Below, one piece after another: positions 44,401 through 51,077 of a stretch of DNA of 60,906 nucleotides. Both the position numbers and the translations under genes were made by a program. The stretch's first letter is position 1, and every line of letters starts with the position of its first letter. The notes under the pieces were generated by a model. The model searched no databases, was not told where the DNA came from, and saw only the letters and a program-made list of their open reading frames with translations. Origin of the DNA: Candidatus Falkowbacteria bacterium (GTDB lineage: Bacteria > Patescibacteriota > Patescibacteriia > JAACEG01); assembly GCA_018651725.1 (NCBI GenBank), contig JABIDK010000003.1, positions 1 to 60,906 on the forward strand, written 5' to 3'.

Positions 44401-44474
44401 AAAGAAAATAAAAATACAACCACTATTAAATAGCTACTTCTTTTATCTCTATATATTTTTTTGACAAAATTCAT
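41469..44474 (-). CDS. VirB6/TrbL-like polytopic membrane protein fused to a long soluble C-terminal region containing an HExxH motif
   Basis: Signal/TM at the N-terminus plus at least 6 further hydrophobic helices in the first ~340 aa. A G/A/S/R-rich segment follows, then IAHEAMHD (nt 42300-42314, about residue 721), then a K/E-rich tail. Confidence 0.6.
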   Translation of the reverse strand: MNFVKKIYRDKRSSYLIVVVFLFSFLFGFSANAQAWFQGQALDILATFIYTVVAIVGKLIGVVVSIMKDVANYNGFINSEPVTVGWEIIRDLCNMGFVIVLLIIAIASILRIESYSYRTWLPKLVIMAILINFSKMIAGVLIDASQIVMLTFVSGISTIGEGNILDILSVNQYLNFGSDFSDAFVKMQAAGDGNEINAMGIAGTIILALVVALIALVVVTAITIVLIIRIVALWILIILSPFAYLFSASPAGHKYASQWWQKFTQWVTTGPVMMFFIWLSLATMKSTLTNVFDGVTTEDPAAGLAAIGTPAVMGAFLLGSIMLMASLVVAQQLGGMASRVAGGAYNMITSRGDRMVRGTANLGLRTAGRAARAIPDAALSSLARSEGVRNSLDRISGSSNRFIRFSGIGATARAGLGSLRYSERAEEEQARRYASRFSENPHTMARLANGSAVGARANMVKRVAQEMMPDSEIFETERDRGPGTATVQMRQDALNNLNDLSRQQLNNLSPDAWYRMSSNGVFNQQDLDPNNNTVNSRVRGVLSTNSETARANRGSILEGLREHYGVVGPNNNITDLSVAERGSGNVAGNGQTLWTSADNAAIYDDNATAYTRLMADTDPGTKGKTSKDNKITGVNKLLRGAEGDNVRLAVDFDQIDLKGAGASMRGKDKKEMTKKLSGLLKSQGYDENELKTIMEKMDSSGSLQLINKNRKGRSGRSVIAHEAMHDQLENVNQGELRRVWNGIDEDKRKSINSEIRSTWHNGDSMSEADVMHEYFADSMANTKKTWAREDGHQLDDKTKNELQDIGLRPGSLKEITPESASVIQEKREEREYKEGKDKGFTIKDTKGQISRSGPATIIEKPRADSYEKQTGTQELDTSSLERVVEKIGESFEKTGKQISDSVGKVGKSGKNFDYAKQLKEEGAAKRLQDAQKKTDLDRAVKKPHEETNTTQEKQPQKEKEKEGNTINIETKTEIEKIVKEVIKDKSVEDKNSESNDNDLEK

Positions 44475-44543
44475 TTTTTAATATATAATTTATATATAAA
44501 CTGCACAATACAATACAAATTTAAACTCCAAGGGAGGCATAAA

Positions 44544-44948
44544 ATGAACAAAACTATTTTAGTCTTACTAACTATTTTTTTATTTATTTTCAGTGCACCG
44601 GTTATGGCGACTAAAACAGACCAATGTTTGCCTGTAACTGACAGTTTTAAAAAACAAGTAAAGAATCAAGTTGGCCATAAATGGGGCAGTATAAGCGGAA
44701 GTATAGTAAGAATAGTTCATTATAGTAAAAAGACTATTTGCTATAAACCTGGGATTGCGATTTATCGGATAAAAGTATATTGGGAAATTCCACAAATGAA
44801 ATCAGTACGAATAATCCCAATGATTATCGTTGTAAGATACAACACACAAAAAAAGCAAATAGTATACCTGGGAAACGAAAGAAATGCCTACAAGAAATAT
44901 CCCAACCTCGAAGATAAAATCTGGGCTACAAATTATTTTAGCCCCTAA
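44544..44948 (+). CDS. hypothetical small secreted protein
   Basis: AAGGGAGG SD, ATG, and signal peptide MNKTILVLLTIFLFIFSAPVMA. Confidence 0.55.
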   Translation: MNKTILVLLTIFLFIFSAPVMATKTDQCLPVTDSFKKQVKNQVGHKWGSISGSIVRIVHYSKKTICYKPGIAIYRIKVYWEIPQMKSVRIIPMIIVVRYNTQKKQIVYLGNERNAYKKYPNLEDKIWATNYFSP

Positions 44949-44973
44949 CCACCAACCTCCTCCTCTCCACCCT

Positions 44974-45030
44974 AGCCCCAACGAAACTGGATAACAGTTA
45001 TCTGCGGGGCTTCTTTTTTTTCTTTTTTTT
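44974..45030 (+). terminator. rho-independent terminator preceded by a C/U-rich tract
   Basis: agcccc (44974-44979) pairs with ggggct (45006-45011), with an inner gataac/gttatc helix, followed by a long T-run ttcttttttttctttttttt. Confidence 0.7.
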
Positions 45031-45162
45031 GTATTTAATGAGCTGACCTTTTTATCAAATTTATTTGTTAAATACGATTTTATAATACCATAAAAATAAA
45101 AAATCAACAAATTTTAAGAACTCTTTACTTTTAAATCCTTTTTTGATAATATAAAGCCATTG

Positions 45163-45237
45163 GGTCTGGTGGCCAAGTGGTAAGGCAAGGGTCTGCAAAA
45201 CCCTTATTCGGGGGTTCGAATCCCCCCCAGACCTCCA
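45163..45237 (+). tRNA. tRNA-Cys, anticodon GCA (CCA encoded)
   Basis: Acceptor ggtctgg/ccagacc, anticodon arm agggt-ctGCAaa-accct, T-arm ggggg-ttcgaat-ccccc, discriminator U73, then CCA. Confidence 0.85.
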
Positions 45238-45257
45238 ATCAATACCTTATTTACCTT

Positions 45258-45833
45258 ATGAACAATGAAAATATTGAACTTTATCCGCAGGATAAAATTT
45301 TGGAAAAAACAATTTTGCGGTTAATTCCAAAAAAAGTAACTCCAAACCATGTTACTATTTTGCGGTTTTTGCTTACTCCTTTGGTTGTTTGGGCTATAAT
45401 AGAAGAAAAAAACTTTTTTGGTTTTTTTCTTTTTTTGTTTACTGCCTCAACCGATGCTATCGATGGAGCTATGGCCAGAACCAGAAAACAAATCACTGAG
45501 TGGGGTAAAATTTACGATCCGGTGGCAGACAAACTTTTGATTGGCTCAGCAGCGTTTTTACTTATTAGCAAATACTTGAATTTTTATTTAGCGCTTGCGA
45601 TAATCTCCATTGAGATACTGCTGATAGTTAATGGTGGTCGACAAAAAATTAACGGCGGCATTGTTGAAGCTAACAACTGGGGGAAGACTAAAATGATTCT
45701 TCAGGTTGCTGGCGTTGGATTTATATTTATTTTTCTTTTAACTAAGCTGCCTTTCCTTATTATCCTAAGCTGGGTAATATTAGTGGCGGCCATTATCACT
45801 GGGCTAATTAGCTTATTTACTTATAGCATTTAA
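45258..45833 (+). CDS. CDP-alcohol phosphatidyltransferase family protein (PgsA-like)
   Basis: DAIDGAMARTRKQITEWGKIYDPVADK matches D-x2-DG-x2-AR-x8-G-x3-D-x3-D. Multi-TM. The ORF-track start at 45177 is a GTG inside tRNA-Cys, so I use the ATG at 45258. Confidence 0.8.
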   Translation: MNNENIELYPQDKILEKTILRLIPKKVTPNHVTILRFLLTPLVVWAIIEEKNFFGFFLFLFTASTDAIDGAMARTRKQITEWGKIYDPVADKLLIGSAAFLLISKYLNFYLALAIISIEILLIVNGGRQKINGGIVEANNWGKTKMILQVAGVGFIFIFLLTKLPFLIILSWVILVAAIITGLISLFTYSI

Positions 45834-45847
45834 AAAAAACATAACGC

Positions 45848-45876
45848 TTGACAATATTATTGTAATGCGTTATTAT
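45848..45876 (+). promoter_or_regulatory. sigma70-type promoter of higBA with an overlapping small palindrome
   Basis: TTGACA (45848-45853), 17-nt spacer, TATTAT (45871-45876). acaat-att-attgt overlaps the -35 region. Confidence 0.6.
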
Positions 45877-45886
45877 ATAGATAATT

Positions 45887-46165
45887 ATGATAAAAAGTTT
45901 TTCCTGCAAAGAAACTAAAAAAATCTTTAACTGCGAATTTTCCAAAAAAATACCACATTCAATACAACGAGTGGCTATGCGAAAATTACTCATGATCGAT
46001 GCGTCTACACAAATACAAGACCTGCGTATCCCACCATCAAATAATTTAAAAATATTACATGGTGCCGGAAAAAAATATAGCGTTCGGATCAATAAACAAT
46101 GGCGAGTGTGCTTTGACTGGAAAAATAACGATGCTTATAATATCGAAATAATAGATTATCATTAA
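45887..46165 (+). CDS. higB: HigB-type toxin (RelE/ParE superfamily, plasmid-maintenance killer protein family)
   Basis: 92 aa and toxin-first order. The pattern ..FSCKETKKIF..IQRVAMRKLLMIDAS..DLRIPPSNNLKILHG..YSVRINKQWRVCFDW..IEIIDYH is typical of HigB. Confidence 0.8.
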   Translation: MIKSFSCKETKKIFNCEFSKKIPHSIQRVAMRKLLMIDASTQIQDLRIPPSNNLKILHGAGKKYSVRINKQWRVCFDWKNNDAYNIEIIDYH

Positions 46166-46169
46166 TAAT

Positions 46170-46478
46170 ATGACTAATAAAAAAATACAACTTATTCATC
46201 CAGGGGAGATTCTTATGGAAGAATTTTTAAAACCCCTTGAAATAAGCCAGTATCGCTTGGCGAAAGATATTTCTGTTGCCCCGAGACGCATAAATGAAAT
46301 AGTTCATGGTACTAGATCCATTACCGCTGATACTGCTCTTCGTTTTGGAAAATATTTTAATATCTCGCCTCAATTTTGGCTTAATCTGCAATCGCAATAC
46401 GAACTTAAAAAACAATCTTTACACTTGTCACTTGAGCTTAAAACAAAAGTAAAAACTTTTCATTATTCACCTGCTTAA
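46170..46478 (+). CDS. higA: HigA-type antitoxin (XRE-family HTH)
   Basis: IHPGEILMEEFLKPLEISQYRLAKDISVAPRRINEIVHGTRSITADTALRFGKYFNISPQFWLNLQSQYEL. Lies 4 nt after higB. Confidence 0.85.
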   Translation: MTNKKIQLIHPGEILMEEFLKPLEISQYRLAKDISVAPRRINEIVHGTRSITADTALRFGKYFNISPQFWLNLQSQYELKKQSLHLSLELKTKVKTFHYSPA

Positions 46479-46503
46479 CTATTAATTAGGAGGGACTACT
46501 ACT

Positions 46504-48942
46504 ATGAAATATTTCTCTTCTAAGCTTGCTTTTCTTATTTTATTAAGTTTGGCTTTTTTTATTTTAGGGCAAAATTGCTTGGCAGCTGGTTCGCTTGATA
46601 TAACGATAATTGAAATTGGGGCGTATAAAAAGAGCGGGTACGAGTATGTTAAAATTTATAACAATACCGGAGAAGATATAAATTTGGAGGACTGGAAATT
46701 TGTAGAGGGTTTTTCTGATTCTAAACCTGATGGGACTAAACATTCTTTAAAAGAATATAATAATGGTTTTATCTTGCCTTCTCAAAATGAAGCTGTAATT
46801 TGCCAGGGTCCAATCAAATTTTTGGAGGAAGAAAGTTTTAGCGGACTAATTTTAGACAGCTCTTGGGGATCTCTTCATGAGTCCGGGGAAAAACTACGGC
46901 TACTAGACAGTGACGGAGATATTGTTGAAGATTTTACTTATCTTCCTTGCGGTGAGGGTGCTTTAAAGAGAATTAATTTTTCTTTAGCTGATTATACCTC
47001 TGCAAATTGGCAAGAAAATAGTGAAGCTAGTCAAGATGATAATTCTACATCAAGCTCAGATGAATCATCTGACAATCAAACAGATGATTCATCCTCTACT
47101 GATGTTAGTACAGAAAATTTTATTATTATCAATGAAATTCTACCTAATCCTGAAGGGGCTGACAATGAAAAAGAATTTATTGAACTAAAAAATATCGGTA
47201 AGACAACTATCAATTTAGAGAACTGGAAATTAAACGACAATAGCGCGAGGACTTATATTATTAAAGAAAAATATTTTACCCAAACTTTTATTCGTCCTAA
47301 TCAGTTTTTTGTTATTTATCGAAATAAAAGTAAAATTGCTTTAAATAATTCCGGAGGAGATGAAGTTAAGTTATACAATAAAGCAGGTAAATTAATAGAT
47401 AAGCTATCTTATAATGAAAAAGCCGGGGAAGAAAAAAGTTATGCGCGCGATGAAAATAACAATTGGTCTTGGTCACCGACCCCTACTCCGGGGAAAGAAA
47501 ATATAATTCTGGAGAAAAACGAAAATCCAGTCGGAGTTATCGACTCTGCTCCAGAGGCTAAAGTTAATGAAAAAATTTACTTTGATGGGTCTGACTCTTA
47601 CGACCCGGACGGTGATGAGTTATTTTTCATTTGGAATTTTGGTGATAATAACTCCAGCACACTTATAAACCCGGTTCACTATTACGAAGCCCCAGGAGAA
47701 TACGAAATCTCTCTTCTTATTTTTGATAGTCGCAACGCCTCCAGTACTGCTTATTTTTCTATAAATATTTTAGGAGATATGACTACAGCTACCCACCTAG
47801 AAACCAAATTTCCAAGTATTTTAATTACAGAAGTTTTTGCGAACGAAGCCGGACGTGATGAAAATGAATTTATTGAAATTTTTAATCCAAATAATGAGGG
47901 AGTAAATCTTAGCAATTGGGAGATAGAAGATAACACTAAAAAAGCATGGAAAATTCCAAGTAACACTATAATAGAAGCTAAAAGTTATTTAGTATTTTAT
48001 AAAGAAGAAACAAAATTAACTCTAAACAATAACTACGACTCTTTAAAACTGATAGATCCTGTTGGTAAAATCATTTCTCAAGTTTCCTATGAAAATGCGG
48101 AAGAAGAAATAAGTTATTCTTTGGATATTGATAAAAATGAATGGAGTTGGAGCTATGAAATAACTCCGGAAGAGGAAAATCAAATTACAGAGTTTTATAA
48201 ATTTGACTCTTATGCTTCGCCGGACTTTTCCAGCTTTGAAAACTTCCCTTTAAATATTAGCCTAGAAGAAATTGATAATCTGCCTTTGGGTGAAACAGTG
48301 GAAATAACCGGGGTTGTGATAGTAGAACCGGGAATTTTGGGAAAACAAATTTTTTATTTAAACGGAATACAAATTTATATGTATAAAAAAGATTTTCCTG
48401 AACTTGAGACAGGTGATCAAATAAAAGTGATCGGCGAACTCGGCGAATCAAGAGGAGAAAAAAGAATAAAAATAAAAAACAAAGAAGATATTATGGTTTT
48501 GGAAAAAAATACAAACCTTGAAATTCCGGAGATAAATATCAACGAAGCAAGCGAAGAATTTGAGGGGTGTCTTGTAACAATAAACGGAGAAATTGTAGAG
48601 CAGAAAAGTAACATCTTATGGCTAGACGACGGCAGTAACGAACTTAATGTTTATGTTCATAAATATACCGATATAAAATTAGATAAAGTTAGTGAAGGTC
48701 AATTTGCCAAAATTACCGGGATAATAAAAAGGACAGAAAACGGTTTTCGTCTCTTTCCTCGCTATGCAAGTGACATAAAGTTAGGGAAAATCTTAGGAGC
48801 AACAGCCCAAGCTAGTGAAAAAAATAAACACCCCCCTTCTGTAAAAGAAGAAGGGTATTCCAAGTATTTGTATATAACTATTTTAGGAATAATAATAATC
48901 CTTGGCAACTTAATTTGGAAACGTAGGCAGAAAATTACTTAA
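46504..48942 (+). CDS. surface-anchored protein with three lamin-tail domains, one PKD domain and an OB-fold-like module; C-terminal TM anchor
   Basis: AGGAGGG SD and a signal peptide. LTD motifs: IIEIGAY..YVKIYNNTGEDINLEDWKF, IINEILPNPEG..EFIELKNIG..NLENWKL, ITEVFANEAG..EFIEIFNPN..NLSNWEI. PKD motif: YFDGSDSYDPDGDELFFIWNFGD. C-terminal anchor: YLYITILGIIIILGNLIWKRRQK. Confidence 0.75.
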   Translation: MKYFSSKLAFLILLSLAFFILGQNCLAAGSLDITIIEIGAYKKSGYEYVKIYNNTGEDINLEDWKFVEGFSDSKPDGTKHSLKEYNNGFILPSQNEAVICQGPIKFLEEESFSGLILDSSWGSLHESGEKLRLLDSDGDIVEDFTYLPCGEGALKRINFSLADYTSANWQENSEASQDDNSTSSSDESSDNQTDDSSSTDVSTENFIIINEILPNPEGADNEKEFIELKNIGKTTINLENWKLNDNSARTYIIKEKYFTQTFIRPNQFFVIYRNKSKIALNNSGGDEVKLYNKAGKLIDKLSYNEKAGEEKSYARDENNNWSWSPTPTPGKENIILEKNENPVGVIDSAPEAKVNEKIYFDGSDSYDPDGDELFFIWNFGDNNSSTLINPVHYYEAPGEYEISLLIFDSRNASSTAYFSINILGDMTTATHLETKFPSILITEVFANEAGRDENEFIEIFNPNNEGVNLSNWEIEDNTKKAWKIPSNTIIEAKSYLVFYKEETKLTLNNNYDSLKLIDPVGKIISQVSYENAEEEISYSLDIDKNEWSWSYEITPEEENQITEFYKFDSYASPDFSSFENFPLNISLEEIDNLPLGETVEITGVVIVEPGILGKQIFYLNGIQIYMYKKDFPELETGDQIKVIGELGESRGEKRIKIKNKEDIMVLEKNTNLEIPEININEASEEFEGCLVTINGEIVEQKSNILWLDDGSNELNVYVHKYTDIKLDKVSEGQFAKITGIIKRTENGFRLFPRYASDIKLGKILGATAQASEKNKHPPSVKEEGYSKYLYITILGIIIILGNLIWKRRQKIT

Positions 48943-50461
48943 CTCTTTTCAAATATTTTTTATAGTCATTTGATTTTCTCCAGCTTGGAGCTACAATACT
49001 TGGATGGACTGCCTGAGGACCACTTGTTATTGTATCGGCGATCTCAGCTGGCGAGTATTCTCCATAAATATAGGAGTTAACTAAAATATGCCAATGCTGT
49101 TTTGGAACTCCAATTCTACCTCTTCCTAAAATTGCTTCCAACTCTTGCTTTAAAATTATTGCTTGCCTTTGCTCTTCAACTAGACTGCCAAGCCTTTTCT
49201 TGCCATAGATAAATTGGATAACAGGTGATTTTTGTTTCTGAGGACTTAAAAATTTATAAGAAAATTTTTCAACATTTCTGGTAACAACAAATTCACTGGT
49301 TTTATTTTCTAAAATTTCTATATTAAAGTTTGTATCTTTACCAACTGCAATAACATATCTTCCGTAAGGCAAATTAAAACTTTGAGATCTATTGGTATTT
49401 ATTTTAAAATTAACTAATTTTTTGTAAGCAAACGGATTACCTAACTCGTCAAGCTTTTGCTGATAGATTGAGCCTTTGACTGTGTTTGATTTTTTGTTTC
49501 CACTTTTATTGTAAAAATTAACTTTAAGAGAACTTAATTTATAGTCAATTGTTCTATATCCGGATGTTGTTAACTCTTGGTCGTATAAATCATAGACTTG
49601 TTTTCCATCTCCAAAAAACCTAACGATATAAACCCCACCTGGTAAAAGAACATTTTTTGTCCCGGTTGTGCCAGTGTCATAAGAACCGATTTTCTTACCA
49701 AAAATTACATTGTTATCGATATCGTAAGACTGCTTATAAATTTCAAATTTTGCTTTTGGTAAAAGTTTATTGTTGTAATTTCTTATAGAAACTTGAAGGC
49801 TACTGATTTTATAATCAAGATTTGTTCTTTTGTTTGGAAAAATATGAAATTCTCTTTTAGATATTAATCCCCTTCCAATTGGAACCTCTAAAATATAATC
49901 ACCCTCCGGCAAGAACAACTCTTTGCATCCCTTTGATAAAGTTGAAGAATGAATAATTTTTTTCTGAGCACAGTGGCACTCTGTATCTATATACTGAATA
50001 AAAAGACTAAACTTAGTATTTTCTAAAATATTGCTGCCGGAGCTGTTAAGCGTAACCTTTACAGAACTTAAACGGAATGTTTTAGTGGGATGAGTGTTGT
50101 TTGTTATAACATAATCCCAAAAGTAAAACGGCTTGTTTTTACTTTCTTTAGTATAAATTCTAAAAACAAAACGATCCCCCTCGCCTCTTTCTATGAAAGA
50201 TTTTACATTAACTTTAATAACTTTTTTTCCTAAATTACCCGTATTTCCACTGGCTACTTTTTTGCCAATCATTTTTTTACCATCAGCATCTTTAACCTGA
50301 TGATAAACAATGAAGCTAACATCTTTCAAAAGATTACCGCTATGATCTCTTACTCTAACATCAATCTCCGCCGGATTACTAAAAGGATCGCTAGCCAAAA
50401 CAGGCAAACTGAAAATAAGCAAACCAAGAGAAAATAAAGCTATTTTAATATATTTTTCCAT
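48935..50461 (-). CDS. secreted protein with repeated prealbumin/Ig-like (carboxypeptidase-regulatory-like) beta-sandwich modules
   Basis: Signal peptide, then four to five modules each built around ..V.V.....N.L....F.[IL]Y.Q..D..G......K......T...G.... Its stop overlaps the convergent LTD gene by 8 nt. Confidence 0.55.
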   Translation of the reverse strand: MEKYIKIALFSLGLLIFSLPVLASDPFSNPAEIDVRVRDHSGNLLKDVSFIVYHQVKDADGKKMIGKKVASGNTGNLGKKVIKVNVKSFIERGEGDRFVFRIYTKESKNKPFYFWDYVITNNTHPTKTFRLSSVKVTLNSSGSNILENTKFSLFIQYIDTECHCAQKKIIHSSTLSKGCKELFLPEGDYILEVPIGRGLISKREFHIFPNKRTNLDYKISSLQVSIRNYNNKLLPKAKFEIYKQSYDIDNNVIFGKKIGSYDTGTTGTKNVLLPGGVYIVRFFGDGKQVYDLYDQELTTSGYRTIDYKLSSLKVNFYNKSGNKKSNTVKGSIYQQKLDELGNPFAYKKLVNFKINTNRSQSFNLPYGRYVIAVGKDTNFNIEILENKTSEFVVTRNVEKFSYKFLSPQKQKSPVIQFIYGKKRLGSLVEEQRQAIILKQELEAILGRGRIGVPKQHWHILVNSYIYGEYSPAEIADTITSGPQAVHPSIVAPSWRKSNDYKKYLKRVK

Positions 50462-50531
50462 AAAAATTAGTGTTATTTTTTAATATATTAATATAGCATA
50501 AAACAGCCTTTTTGTCAATGGCTACAAGGTA

Positions 50532-50559
50532 TTGACTTTTATATTTATTTTGATACAAT
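50532..50559 (+). promoter_or_regulatory. sigma70-type promoter of the tRNA-Lys/Phe/Pro cluster
   Basis: TTGACT (50532-50537), 16-nt spacer, TGaTACAAT extended -10 (hexamer at 50554-50559). Confidence 0.6.
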
Positions 50560-50612
50560 ACAATCATCAAGGCTAAAGGCCTCTGTTTTTTTGTTATAAA
50601 TTTATATAATAT

Positions 50613-50685
50613 GCGCTCATAACTCAGTTGGTAGAGTAGCTGCCTTTTAAGCAGAATGTCGCAGGTTCGAATCCTGCTGGGCGCA
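50613..50685 (+). tRNA. tRNA-Lys, anticodon UUU
   Basis: gcgctca..actcagttggtagagt.., anticodon loop ctTTTaa, T-arm gcagg-ttcgaat-cctgc, acceptor 3' strand tgggcgc, discriminator A. Confidence 0.85.
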
Positions 50686-50728
50686 CATGAATTCGTTGGT
50701 TGGCGAATTAAAATTAAAATGACTACCT

Positions 50729-50803
50729 GCCGGGGTAGCTCAGTGGTAGAGCAAAGGACTGAAAATCCTTGTGTCGAGAGTTCGATTCTCTCCCCCGGCA
50801 CCA
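50729..50803 (+). tRNA. tRNA-Phe, anticodon GAA (CCA encoded)
   Basis: gccggggtagctcagtggtagagc.., anticodon arm aagga-ctGAAaa-tcctt, T-arm gagag-ttcgatt-ctctc, then ccccggc-a-cca. Confidence 0.88.
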
Positions 50804-50814
50804 ACAACACAGTC

Positions 50815-50879
50815 TAAAGTCCATAAAGTCAAAAGCCTATAAAATCACGGTATTACAACTTTCGACTTTATGGACTTTA
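50815..50879. repeat. 16-bp perfect inverted repeat with a 33-nt spacer in the tRNA-Phe/tRNA-Pro spacer
   Basis: taaagtccataaagtc (50815-50830) and gactttatggacttta (50864-50879). actttcgact also occurs twice (50858-50867 and 50883-50892). Confidence 0.7.
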
Positions 50880-50898
50880 TAGACTTTCGACTAACCAT

Positions 50899-50972
50899 CG
50901 GGGTGTGGCCTAGCTGGCTAAGGCGCACGGTTTGGGACCGTGAGATCCCGGGTTCGAATCCCGGCACCCCGA
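50899..50972 (+). tRNA. tRNA-Pro, anticodon UGG
   Basis: cggggtg..gcctagctggctaaggc.., anticodon arm cacgg-ttTGGga-ccgtg, T-arm ccggg-ttcgaat-cccgg, acceptor caccccg, discriminator A. Confidence 0.85.
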
Positions 50973-50986
50973 CATAAGAGCATAAT

Positions 50987-51016
50987 AAAATCAGGCTTAA
51001 AAGCCTGATTTTATTA
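50987..51016 (+). terminator. rho-independent terminator of the tRNA cluster
   Basis: aaaatcaggc-ttaaaa-gcctgatttt, followed by att-attt. Confidence 0.75.
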
Positions 51017-51077
51017 TTTACTCATCATATTGTCATGCATAGAAAGGTATGATATTATTAAAATAATAAATAATTTT

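Noticed and set aside
44802-45110. 102-aa minus-strand ORF
   Set aside because: It is antisense to the 134-aa gene's 3' end and spans its terminator and the C-rich tract, with no SD.
45177-45257. N-terminal 27 codons of the 218-aa ORF-track model for the CDP-alcohol phosphatidyltransferase
   Set aside because: The GTG start lies inside tRNA-Cys (45163-45237). The ATG at 45258 gives a sensible N-terminus, so the extension was dropped.
45817-46092. 91-aa minus-strand ORF overlapping higB
   Set aside because: It is antisense to the well-supported higB and its promoter.
48935-48942. 8-nt overlap of the convergent stop codons of the LTD gene and the 508-aa gene, with no terminator between them
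   Set aside because: It is real in the sequence, but it is a common consequence of compact genomes and offers nothing further to test.
50445-50810. 121-aa minus-strand ORF (GTG start)
   Set aside because: It runs antisense through tRNA-Lys and tRNA-Phe and their promoter, with no SD. It is an artefact of tRNA sequence.
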